From: Octopus bimaculoides
Lineage: Eukaryota
Assembly: GCF_001194135.2 (NCBI RefSeq)
Contig: NC_069003.1
Coordinates: forward strand, 29,576,334-29,626,503
DNA: 50,170 nt
Reading direction: 5' to 3'
Below, in pieces: positions 1 through 10,620 of this stretch; the stretch's first letter is position 1, and every line of letters begins with the position of its first letter. A program made the translations under genes and the position numbers. The notes under the pieces were generated by a model that was not told the origin of the DNA, did not search any database, and saw nothing but the letters and a program-made list of their open reading frames with translations.

Positions 1-179
1 CACATACACACACTCTCATACGTGTGCCTATACATGTGGCCAAATATAAACGCATGTATACATATGCATATATACACATATATATTTACATATAAGAGGA
101 GGTGCTGAAAAGTTCTTGGCTATGAGTAAAAGAAAATAGGGGATCACTTAGTTTTGATATGATTCAGCACTATATATGC

Positions 180-1055
180 AGGCTTGACTGTGTGGTAAGA
201 AGTTTCCTTCCCGATTACAAGGCCTCAGGTTCATTCCCACAGCGTGGCTCCGCGGGCAAGCGTCTTCTACTATAACCTTGAGCCGATCAAAGCCTTGTGA
301 GTGGATTTGACAAATGAAAACTGAAAGTAGCCCGTCAAATATATATATTTATTTATTCTCTTATTCTTTTACTTGTCTCAGTCATTTGGCTGCGGCCATT
401 CTGGAGCACTGACTTTAGTCGAAGAAATCGACCCCAGGATTTATTCTTTGTAGGCCTAGTGCTTATTTTATCTGTCTCTTTTGGCGAACCACCAAGTTAT
501 GGGGACGTAATCATACCAGCATCGGTTGTCAAGTGATGATGGGAGGCCAAACAAACACATACAAACATATATATATATATANNNNNNNNNNNNNNNNNNN
601 NNNNNNNNNNNNNNNNNNNNNNNNNNNNNNNNNNNNNNNNNNNNNNNNNNNNNNNNNNNNNNNNNNNNNNNNNNNNNNNNNNNNNNNNNNNNNNNNNNNN
701 NNNNNNNNNNNNNNNNNNNNNNNNATATATATACGACTTTCAGTTTCCGTCTACCAAATCCACTCACAAGGGTTTGGTCGGCCCGAGGCTATAGCAGAAG
801 ACACTTGCCCAAGGTGCCACGTATGTATGTATTTTTGTATGTATGTATGTATTCATATGTGTGTGTTTCTGTGTTTGTCCCGCCACCATCGCTTGATAAC
901 TGATGATGGTGTGTTTACGTCCTCGTACCATAGCGGTTATGCAAAGAGATTGATAAAATAGTTACTGGGCTTACAAAGAACGATTCCTGGACACAATTTC
1001 CTCGACTTTAAAGCGGTGCTCCAACATGACCGCAGTCTAAACGACTGAAACACAT
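180..1055 (+). mobile_element. SINE family A (tRNA-like head, internal TA/TATG microsatellite, conserved tail); head 180-345, tail about 840-1055
   Basis: Head (GTGTGGTAAG...GGTTCATTCCC...GCAAGCGTCTTCTACTATA) and tail match other copies at 2093-2201, 45170-45545 and 34790-35560. Confidence 0.75.
355..820 (-). mobile_element. SINE family A copy inserted in opposite orientation inside the previous copy
   Basis: Reverse-complement tail 355-560, (TA)n plus gap, reverse-complement head 730-820 truncated at AGGTGCCACG. Confidence 0.75.
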
Positions 1056-1389
1056 ATCTTCCACTCATATTGTAGCGGCTCTTCAGTTATTCTATGCCCC
1101 ATAAAAGAACTCGGAAGTTCGGGCGTCTAGTCAGGCCTTTCACGACACCCTTAAAGCAAGAAACGTTTTAACGCCTCGTATATATGATTGCATAAGTGTG
1201 TAAATGTCCGTGTGCGCGTTCGCACGAGTGAATGAATGATAGCGTTTGTGGTTAGTGTGTTGGCAGTAGTATACTGTTTCATACAGATGATATTGATGTG
1301 AATTTTATATGCTCCAGCTGATATTCCACCACCCCTCTTGCCGTAATCCCAAAATTCAGCAATGATATCATAATCGAGTCAATTTACTT

Positions 1390-1545
1390 GGCCCTTCTCT
1401 ATGTAGAATACTAATAATGATCTCAGTTACATAACCAACACCATGCTTTAATAGTTCAGCCTTTATGCTATCTATTCCAGCTAATTTAATATATTTAATT
1501 TCCTAATTGCTTGTGTAACGTCTTCAGGAGTGATAATTGGCCTTT
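1390..1545 (-). mobile_element. LINE reverse-transcriptase N-terminal remnant (probably RTE clade)
   Basis: Minus frame reads PIITPEDVTQAIRKLNIKLAGIDSIKAELLKHG, matching the EVxxAIxxLKxxKAxGxDxIxAELLK motif at the start of non-LTR RTs. Confidence 0.7.
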
Positions 1546-2092
1546 GGGAATTACTTTTCAAAATTGTTTTAACAGATTACTTTCGATATTAGCTTTAATG
1601 ACGTAAGGTTCTTCATATTATTCTCTCCATCGCTATGTTACTTCAATAGCTTCGGTTAATAGGTGGTGTCCTAAATAAGTCATTAAAGTGTGGGGATGAG
1701 CGCCTCGTAGATTTTATCCGTTTCGATTTATAATTTTGAGTTCAAATTCCGCCGAGGTCACTTTTTCTTTTCATCATTTCCGGGCGGATAAAAATTGGAC
1801 CCGTAGAGGAGAGTTGATTGATGGAATTATTGAAGCCTTCAAAAAGACACCTTACGGTATCTATTTTGTTCCTTTATATTATGAGTCCAAACTGTGCCTT
1901 GTTACCGAAAAACCGATAACACATCTGTCACGAGTTGCGATCAGCAGTTTATCAATAATTTCAAAAATCAATGGGAACATGGTTTCATTGGTTCAATCGG
2001 AAGAGAGAATGCTATAGAATATTACCTTATTTGACATCAACAACTTGATATTTAGGTTCGATTTTAATCAGTTAGTGGTGTGGTGAATAAAA

Positions 2093-2201
2093 TGAGGCTA
2101 TAGTAGAAGACACTTGCCCAAGGTGCCACGCAGTGGGACTGAACCTGCTACTTATCACACAAGCTACTTACCACACAAGCTACTTACCACACAGCCACTC
2201 C
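2093..2201 (-). mobile_element. SINE family A head fragment
   Basis: GAGGCTATAGTAGAAGACACTTGCCCAAGGTGCCACG is near-identical to 786-820; internal tandem duplication of ACACAAGCTACTT(A)CC. Confidence 0.8.
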
Positions 2202-2296
2202 TACACCTATAAGCTTTTTTTAAAATTTATTTTCTATTGTTTGCAGTTTCATTTTTATCAACATCATTAAAATGTTCGTCAGTGCTGCCTTCATAT

Positions 2297-2580
2297 TGGC
2301 ACTCCGTCGGTTACGACTACGAAGGTTCCAGTTCATCTGATCAACGGAACCGTTCGCTTGTGAAATTAACGTAGAGATGCTTTAGCACTCCGCAGACACG
2401 TGTACCTTTAACATAGTTCTCAGGGAGATTCAACATGACACAGTATGTGACATTTTTGTCAGCTGGAGCAACGTGAAATAAAAATGAAGTCTATTGCTCA
2501 AGCACAAAACGCGTCATCGGGAATCGAAATCACGACCTTACGTTCGTGAGCCGAATGCCCTAACCATAAACCACGCGCCT
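2297..2580 (-). mobile_element. SINE family C (tRNA head, tail ending CGTAACCGACGGAGTGCC)
   Basis: Minus strand begins AGGCGCGTGGTTTATGGTTAGGG...TTCGATTCCC; tail shared with 14852-15200, 33304-33615 and 39077-39460. Confidence 0.8.
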
Positions 2581-2959
2581 TGACGCATTTAGAAAAGCTC
2601 TTGTTTTAAGCTCCATTTAAATGCGTTTTATATCTTTTGATAAAGAAGAATAAAATTGATCTGTTTATTATATGTCCCTTTGTGTGATTGCCATGTTATT
2701 GTTCTTGACGCTTTGTGCTGATGTATTGTGCTGGCTACAATTAGTTTGTGCTATTTTGAACATTCTAATAACCATGTTTCCCCGTTGTTAGTTATTTTTT
2801 TTTTCCAAGCCATATTTACCGATTGTTTCATCTCTTCAAATGTCATGAGCATTTGATCGGATTATTGTATTCCAGTCACCTTGAATTAGTTTTTTTATCA
2901 TTTTTGTTTTTCCCCTTTTGCTTCTTTTCATTCTTTTGCTCGCCAATTGTTTATCGACT

Positions 2960-3325
2960 TTTGAATACAATTCCTTCCTTTTTCTTCATTGCTATTGCGA
3001 GTTTGAGCAAAAAATTGGATAATTAAGATGTATGGTTTAACAGCCGGTGTTACTGCGCATGTTCTGCTAGCAATCGGTGCGCAGTGTATTATTGACTATA
3101 AGGTATTTTTGTGTAGCTGGAAGCCTACAAAATTTTCATGTTTGCTTTTATTTCCACTAAATCACATTTATGATCATCTGTCACAAATTCTCCACATTTT
3201 GTCCATCTGATTTGATCAGTTGCAACAATATTCGAAGATACATTTCCATCTCATAAGTTAGTTAATGTAATTTTTTTATACGAGATTGCTTATGCATTCG
3301 TTCATTCCAAGCTCCAACTATAGAG
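2960..3325 (-). mobile_element. RTE-clade LINE apurinic-endonuclease remnant
   Basis: Frameshifted translation IVGAWN...DQIRWTKCGEFVTDDHKM*FSG...VGFQLHKN...PIASRT...IIQFFAQT resembles the GTWNVR / EVRW / GVGF / IQVYAPT motifs. Confidence 0.7.
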
Positions 3326-4389
3326 GTTCTTTTATGCAGCTTAAAATTTGGTTTGGTTCTTTAGCATATTTATGGATTCCGTCAAGAGAGAAGTATCAGT
3401 GATACATTTAATAGCGTTTGAGTTTCTGAATGTCATCAGGTGGCGTTTCAATCGTTACATAACTTGGTGGTCAATATTTTTCTTGTTCCGTTATAGTTAT
3501 TCGTTGGCTGTCACGTGCGTAGCTCTGCAAGTGTTTGACAGGTTTCATTTTTGATATTTCTATGTATCTACATATCCTCCTCTCACTCAGTAAGCTGTGT
3601 TGGTTGGTTGGTTGGTTTAGTTGCCAAACATATGGACGTGAAACAGGTTGCACTAGGCTTCGTGGTTGAAGTAACGAATGGATCTTGAATTACACTATTA
3701 TTAACCAACTATATGTAACCATTCAGAACAACATCACAGTCATCGGTTATTGCAACATCAATATATAATACGTTATTGTAATATTTGGCCTGTAAAGTAA
3801 TCTCGGGTTTATGATATGCTAACTAGTTATATGTATTTACGATAGATTTCCATAGCATCTTGGCATTATCATTCTCTAAGGAATATTAAGGTTCGTACGA
3901 ATGCCGCATAACATTTAACTCATTGAACCTGTTTTTCAAATGTTAGTGTGCCGTCGAGAATATTTGGTAGGAACTAAGGTAAGTCACATTATTGCAATGT
4001 GCTGTACTGCTTGTAAATGTATACCACCTAGGCGATAGTTATTGTATATATTGTACGAGTGAAAAGCCAAGTGGTGATGGGACATGTAACTGCCTGGAAA
4101 ATGTTACTTTTAAAAGATTTCATGGGATTATAGACTTTGTACCATATTATCACTGCTAAGATTTTGTATACAGAGAAGGTTGAGTTTACGTATAAAAATA
4201 TTTTGCCTTCTTTTCAAATTTCCCTTTTAACGTAATTCTGATTGGATTGATCGAATCAACCCTCTCCTTTCTCAAAATAAAAGGGTTCGTTCTTCACGAG
4301 AAATTATGACTTATGTACTCAAATCTTATAGTTTTAATATTTGTAAATATGTAGTTTGTAGTTAAATTGTTTTTTGTTGGTTTTTTTTT

Positions 4390-4850
4390 CATTTATTTAT
4401 TGTTATATTTTCATTTTATGGTTTATTTCCATTTAGTTCTCTTCATATACAACGTCTGATAATTTTTGCTGCTTCAAAAATAATTATTCTTCAATTAGTT
4501 GATCCGTTGCCAACCAGATTCACAAAAAATATTTTAATTCTTCGCCATGTAAGCCGATAAAAAAAACAAGTAAGCATTTTTTATAGTTTTAATGTTTGGA
4601 AATTTGTTTTTTGTATATAAATATTTTGTTTACGATTTTGCATTTATTTATTTATTTATTTATTTATTGTTATATTTTCATTTTATGGTCTATTTTCGTT
4701 TAGTGTTTCATTATAGAATGTCTGATAAGTTTTGCTGTTTCAAGAATAATTATTATTCAATTAGTTAATCCGTTGCCAACTAGATTCATAAATATATCCT
4801 TATCTCTCTTCGTGAAGCAAACACAAAAAAAAAACACGCAAAACATTTTT
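4390..4850. repeat. diverged tandem duplication, period about 267 bp
   Basis: TTGTTATATTTTCATTTTATGGT...TCTGATAA...TCAATTAGTT.ATCCGTTGCCAAC.AGATTCA occurs at about 4400-4525 and again at about 4667-4790. Confidence 0.85.
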
Positions 4851-5199
4851 TACATTTATGCTTAATATATATTAAATGGGAATTTGTGCCAACTTGCGTC
4901 TTTGGTTACAGGTTTCCAAAACTGAAGTCACTAGTTTACTTCATTTATAAAGGTGATAGTGACAAGTGAGTGTAAGAAACACTATGCAGAAGAAATATAT
5001 CATGAGACTTCGTTCATAAAGCACCATTGTTTTTATTATTTTTCTCGTCATTATTTATATCGTTTCTTAATACACATTAGTAAAAGATATGCGCATACAT
5101 AAATACATACACTCTATTTGCAGTCAGGCTGGCCGTACTCAACAGTGTTTGTGAATGTAAGAACAGAAGTAGAGATGATAACATAATTCTCTGAGCAAG

Positions 5200-5860
5200 A
5201 ATAAAGAGGAATAAAAATAGCTGAAATGTTTCAAGAAAAGATAGAGTCGTTTTTGAAACTCATGAAAAAGAAAGTCAACATTTCATTAACATTGATAAGA
5301 AAGTATTTAAGTTGATATTAACTATGATTAACGAAATCAAGGAGGAATATGTACAACAATGTAAAGCCCTTTCATTTTGACAAACTAATGCTTGTTTGTA
5401 TGCTTTCAAAGCAAATAAAAAGGTGTTATTTGGAGATACTAGAGAAATACTAGCAAAAACAAAGCAATTTTAAAAAGATCTGTTGAGGATTATGGCACTG
5501 GTTATCACAAATAAACAGGCAAAAAAAAGCTACGTTCTTCGCTAGCATAAAGGAAAAATGAAATAAAAACTATATTTTAGAGATGGTAGAAAAAGAGCAC
5601 TCGAATATAAATTAATTAGCCTGAAAACGGGAATTAAAAGCGTCAGTGGAGAAAAACGATTAAAGAAAAATTTAATCAAAACCAATCAATAGTTTTCAGA
5701 GATATGAGAGTACAATCAATAAATATAAATGTCCCTTCTTCTCGGGAGGAACAATGTTCAATCTGAAGGAAAATCTAGAACGAGAAAATGGGTTTAGCCA
5801 GGATGTAGTACAGGTAGAAGTTTCAAAAGAAAGTATTACCTCTGCAGCACACCAAAAGCA
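5200..5860 (+). mobile_element. possible highly decayed RLE-type (R4/Dong-like) LINE ORF remnant
   Basis: Purine-rich, broken frames; INVPSSREEQCSI*RKI loosely resembles the P..EE...FW..IW segment before the RT of RLE LINEs. Weak. Confidence 0.3.
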
Positions 5861-5879
5861 TATAGTACCAGTGATGATC

Positions 5880-6100
5880 TTATTTATCTGTTTCAGCCAT
5901 TAGACTGCGGCCTTGCTGGGGCACCGCCTTGAAGAACTTTTAGTCAAATTAATAGACCCCCGTACTTATTTTTTTTAAGCCGGGTACGTAATCTATTGAA
6001 TCTTGTTGCCGAATCGTTAAGTTGGGAGATGTAAACAAAACTACACCGGTTGGTAAGCGGTGATGGGGACAAACAAAAGCATGAAGCCACATACACACAT
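5880..6100 (-). mobile_element. SINE family A tail followed by (GATA)n at 6105-6188
   Basis: GTTTCAGCCATTAGACTGCGGCCTTGCTGGGGCACCGCC matches tails at 355-560, 23960-24160 and 47935-48150. Confidence 0.8.
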
Positions 6101-6106
6101 ATAAAT

Positions 6107-6188
<82 letters not shown>

Positions 6189-6258
6189 CTGCTCATATCT
6201 CTATCGGAAAAAACACACATTTTATTCACCCGATACAAACTAGTAAACTTATCATCAC

Positions 6259-6363
6259 CCCGAAGTTTTCCACTTGCCGGTGACCCTTCCCTAGTCTCCG
6301 TTGCTGCTCCTGCACATGTTCAAAATCTTGTATCTCATCTTCACTCCTCAGAACTTCAACTTT
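6259..6363 (-). CDS. candidate internal exon, 105 nt, phase 0/0 (KVEVLRSEDEIQDFEHVQEQQRRLGKGHRQVENFG)
   Basis: tttag|AAA acceptor and GGG|gtgatg donor, both weak; protein-like composition; phase compatible with the 8385-8437 exon. No homology recognised. Confidence 0.35.
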
Positions 6364-7577
6364 CTAAATACTCTTTCCATTAATTTAATTCCAATGGAAT
6401 ATTAACAAATATCTATTCAAGTTGAAAATCTACAGCACTAATCTAAGTAGACCCACACACTCTCCTTACTACATAACCTATCAAAATCTTTTATCCTTTC
6501 ATTGTTTAAAAAATTGCTTAATTGTCACAGATTCTTAACATAATCGTGCCTCAGTCTACAACGTCTGTCCTTTGTTTTGTCGGAAATTAATTCATTTCTT
6601 CTTGCAGTGTAACTTAAGCAATTCATTTTGACATGTGCCATTCAGATACACGTTATATCAACAAAAACAAACTGAACATCAGCGCGCGCATTACAAATTG
6701 AGTTAAGCTCTAACAAATCTGAAAAACTAGCGAATTGAACTCAGTCCTGCAATGCTGAATTCAAACTTCGAGAGGATTCTAATTCAAAATGCATGTGAAA
6801 CTAAAGGTTATTCATCATTCGACCAATCTACCCCAACACGTATGCAAACTTCACAGAGATAGATTGTTTCCTGAACAATATTTTAATTATATAAAATTAA
6901 TCGATATCATTTGAACTTTTTACATTTATTCAGGAATAATTAGTAGTTAATTATAATAATTCTTTTTTTTTTCTCTTTCTCTCTCTCTGGTAGGGTGGGA
7001 GCGGACATATTTTATTTGTACAAATAATTGTGTATTTATGTTGATCCAATTTCATTGTAAATTCTCTTTATTGTTTCATTTAAGAAAATGATTCATTAGT
7101 TTTAGCTATGCAAATTATTACTCAGAATTCAATATAAATTTAGGTTTATTTCATTTCTGTCTCAAAAGAAATGTTTCAATGTCTTCTTTAATTCTTTTTT
7201 AAAGAAATTTTTAATTAAAACTAAGCATGAAAACTAGGAAAGCAATTCTTTTTCATATGTAATTTTTTCTATATTTTTTGCTGCATTATATTAAAAAGAA
7301 CAAAACTAGAACATGATTCAAATTTTTATGTAAAAAAGAATTCAATTTATTTTTCAGGAAAGAAAAAAAAAGCCGATGATATAAAGTTTTATAAAGACGT
7401 ACGAAATATAGAAATTTGTAAAACAAAAGTAAAATCTAAGACTAACAGAAGACAAGAGAAAAGTCATGTGCAAAGCCAGAAGACAACGCTTCGTAATTGA
7501 TTACTGTTTCGTTCTGTACGTAATTAAACACCATCACCATGAATTTCTTGTAATATGGTCAATAATGATAATAATTA

Positions 7578-7805
7578 GTTTCAAATTTTGGTACAAGGCC
7601 AGCATTTAAGGAGAGGGGCAATAGAATTTAGTGGGAGGGGCAAAGTTGATTACATCGACCACATTGCTCAACTGGTACTTATTTTATCGACATCATAATG
7701 ATGAAAAGCTAAGTTGACCTCAGCGGTATTTGAACTAAGAGCGTAAAGACGGACGAAATGCCGCTAGGCATTTTGCCCGGCGTGCTAACATTTCTGTCAG
7801 CTTCA
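7578..7805 (-). mobile_element. SINE family B (about 230 bp, tRNA-derived)
   Basis: CAAATTTTGGTACAAGGCCAGC...GATTACATCGAC...ATTTGAACT..GA.CGTAAAGACGGACGAAATGCCGCTA; many copies in the window. Confidence 0.85.
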
Positions 7806-7859
7806 ATAATGATAATGATAATAATAATTATTATTATAATTCTAATAATAATAACGATG

Positions 7860-7954
<95 letters not shown>

Positions 7955-8140
7955 TATGGTTTCTTAAACATTCACTTGAACAAAACTGTACAAATCCAAA
8001 TATATGGTACCCTAGGCATAACACCTACATGAACTTCTAACTTGTTGTCTCTTGAGGTCTCTGGGTGAGACTTGGATCCAACTTGTACAAATGCAAAACA
8101 AAAGTCAAACATAAAATAATAATAATAATAATAATGATAA
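7806..8140 (+). mobile_element. (TAA)n array interrupted by an about 150-bp non-repetitive insert (7958-8105), probably a LINE 3' end
   Basis: (TAA)n on both sides of a unique insert ending AAAAGTCAAACATAAAATAATAAT; the LINE assignment is inferred. Confidence 0.5.
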
Positions 8141-8318
8141 TCATTTCTACTAAAGGCAAAAGGCTTGAAATTTACGGGGACGAGACTAGTCGATTACATC
8201 AATCCCAATGTTTCAATTGCACTTAATTTATCAACCAAGAAAGGATGGAAAGCAAAGTCGACCTCGGCAGAATTTGAACTCAGAACGTAAAGACTAACGA
8301 ATTGCCACTAAGCCTTAC
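8140..8318 (-). mobile_element. SINE family B
   Basis: GTCGATTACATC...AAAGTCGACCTCGGCAGAATTTGAACTCAGAACGTAAAGAC. Confidence 0.85.
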
Positions 8319-8384
8319 TATGATTTCTAATTTTATTAACAGGTTGGCCAGGACCCGCTTAGTTTAATGGTACAGAACACGTAC

Positions 8385-8437
8385 CATCCGGTATCTGATG
8401 GTAGGTTGTCCGATCTTCTGTAGTCGTCTCCTGGCAA
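8385..8437 (-). CDS. candidate micro-exon, 53 nt, phase 1/0 ((V)ARRRLQKIGQPTIRYRM)
   Basis: ttttattttttaaaag|TT GCC AGG...CGG ATG|gtacgt; a GC-richer unique island between two SINEs. No homology recognised. Confidence 0.5.
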
Positions 8438-8454
8438 CTTTTAAAAAATAAAAT

Positions 8455-8620
8455 CTGGTGCGCTGGCAGAATCGTTAGCACGCTGGGCAAGATATGCAGC
8501 AGCATTTCGTCCGTCTTTACTCTCTGAGTTCAAATTCCACCGAGTTCAATTTTTGCCTTTTATCCTTTCAGTGTCGATAAAATAAGAACCAGTAGAATAC
8601 AGGTATCGATATTGCTACTA
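8455..8620 (+). mobile_element. SINE family B, inverted relative to 8140-8318
   Basis: GCTGGCAGAATCGTTAGCACGC...CTGAGTTCAAATTCCACCGAG...GTCGATAAAATAAG. Confidence 0.85.
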
Positions 8621-9065
8621 GGCCGTGGATTGGCAGCATCGGAAGAAGAAGGAGGAGTAATATATTTTAAGAACACATTTCACTGAGATCTTTTGTGCAT
8701 TTCATCTTTCCGATATTCGCTAAAATAAGAGAACCAATAAAATAATATGGCTGACATAATCAAGTAAATCTCTCTCTCTTATGTTGTGAAGAATTTTGCT
8801 CCTATGTTACAAATCCCTATATATTTTTTGTTAATACACTGTATTCCGGAGAGTTGTGTGGTGTTCTTCAAATCGCCGTACTTTTTGTTCCAGTGGTTAT
8901 TTTATTGTTTTGTTTTTTTTTTATTGCTGCTCTTTCATTATTATTGCTCTGTATTTTTAATGCTAAAATTTCGCCTCTTTTATTTAATGTAATTTCCCGC
9001 TGTTTCTCAATATAATCATTCTTGCTCAAAAAATTATGGCGTCTTTAAGCCAACAAAAGGAGTTC

Positions 9066-9170
9066 TTCTTTTTCTTCTTCTCCTCCTCCTTCTTCTTCTT
9101 CTTCTTCTTCTTCTTATTAATATTATTATCATTATTATTATTATTATCATCATCATCATCATCATCATCA

Positions 9171-9232
<62 letters not shown>

Positions 9233-9280
9233 TGCTAATACCATTCTTATGAATGATATCATTACTATTATCATAACTAT
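9066..9280. repeat. compound trinucleotide microsatellite (CTT)n-(ATT)n-(CAT)n-(ATT)n
   Basis: Read directly from the sequence. Confidence 0.95.
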
Positions 9281-10177
9281 TCTCATCTGCAGTTGATTCG
9301 TTCAACGTGCTTGATTTCCGAGTGTAATCGAAGACAATACTTTCCGTTTTTGAATACCATTTCAAGCAGAGAATTTCATTAATCATTTTGAAAGAATATC
9401 TTGTACTGTGGTAGAGACATAAAGTTATTTTGTTTAGTTTTTTTTTTTTTAATAATTCCATTTCTATTTCATTTTCTAACTTCAACTCCAAGTCAATAAT
9501 AGCTTCATGCAATAGAGGAGCGTCAATGAGCCGAGTGTGTTGAACACATTCTCGTCATAAAATGCAAAAGTTATTCTCCTATGACGTACATTACAACGAT
9601 CAGCAAATTTTGCGTCTGAACCAGCCTAGACATGTTAAAAATAAATATACAATTAATCTTTCCAGGTCTCACTGTGCATGGTGCAAATAATAATTTTTTT
9701 TATCATTTGGCAGATATAAGCACCCATCAGCAATCTATTTGTTCGCCGAAAGTATAAGAAAATAAACGGTTTTTTAGGCTCAGATTTCCGGTAGTTTCTG
9801 GCTGACGGGAGATAGCCTGTCGAAACACTGACGTTTCAGAATGCCGTACTCCGATGAGCAGGGCATGATGAGCATACTGAATCTCTATGATGCATATTTT
9901 GGACCTGGATCTGTGTAAGCATGTTAAGAATTAATATGCTATTAATTGTTTTAGATCGCGCTGTACATTTTGCAAGTGACGATTTTTTTTTTTAATATAT
10001 ACCGATTTCAGGAAAATGTACGACTAGAGACTACAAAAATGTCAACAAGATACACATATGCATAGAAATCAAACGAAAACTGTACCGAACACTACACAAA
10101 AAAACAACATCGTTCCTGAGTGTACTCCTAACAAGAACTTAAATATGAAACATTTTGCTGAAGGAACTAATGTCTGA

Positions 10178-10620
10178 CACCATTTTGTTCCCAAGACGAA
10201 GGACAGCCTGTTACATGCTATCATAGAGGTGCTCAAGAGGAAAATGGTAATATACCTGGGTATTGCCAAGATATTGGCATTGTACCATTTTCTTTAAAGT
10301 TCGTGACTTAATGACCATCGAATGAGAAGAGATGCAAGAAAAACCAAGAAGGGAAGTGACCAAGAGCATTACGGAGCAAGATACCTTTCCATTCATGCCT
10401 CAGACGATGACAACGGAAATAAGATTCCTTTCAGAAACTAACGTACAGAAGCACTTGATTGTCGTGAGTAGGGCGGAAAATTCATCTTTCGTGGGGCACT
10501 GAGTTGTAATGAATGTGCAGCCAGAACAGAATCTCTGACGGCTGTAAACATGCATTTCCTTACAGAAATGTATGCATAAACCTGGGCATGAAAAGGTTCT
10601 GTTCAGAAAACTACTTCGGG
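10178..10620 (+). pseudogene. decayed Gypsy/Ginger-like integrase remnant
   Basis: HHFVPKTKDSLLH...YLGIAKILAL...RMRRDARK..GSDQ resembles the H2C2 region (VP..ILH..H..GH.GIAKT..YWP.MRRDVR.YV..CD.C); HLIVVSR and ISD...CINLGMKRFCSENY resemble the core (LVVVDR; SD...C..LGIK...S..Y). Multiple stops and frameshifts. Confidence 0.45.

Larger units (their letters stand above)
95..1178. mobile_element. mariner-type MITE (halves about 95-175 and 1056-1178) split by nested SINE insertions
   Basis: TA|AGAGGAGGTGCTGAAAAGTTCTTGGCT at 93-121; the right end CTTAAAGCAAGAAACGTTTTAACGCCTCG|TA (to 1180) is its imperfect reverse complement; TA dinucleotides on both sides. Confidence 0.65.

Noticed and set aside
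1736-2017. 93-aa plus-strand ORF
   Set aside because: It starts inside a SINE-B fragment and lies antisense within the probable RTE relic; no recognisable domain.
3419-3446. Minus-strand CTGATGA-CATTCA-GAAAC
   Set aside because: No stem II, stem III or cleavage triplet can form; likely chance.
9803-9837. Twin hairpins GACGGG/CCTGTC and GAAAC/GTTTC resembling a hammerhead
   Set aside because: The core reads CTGACGG and the topology does not fit; the stems are short.
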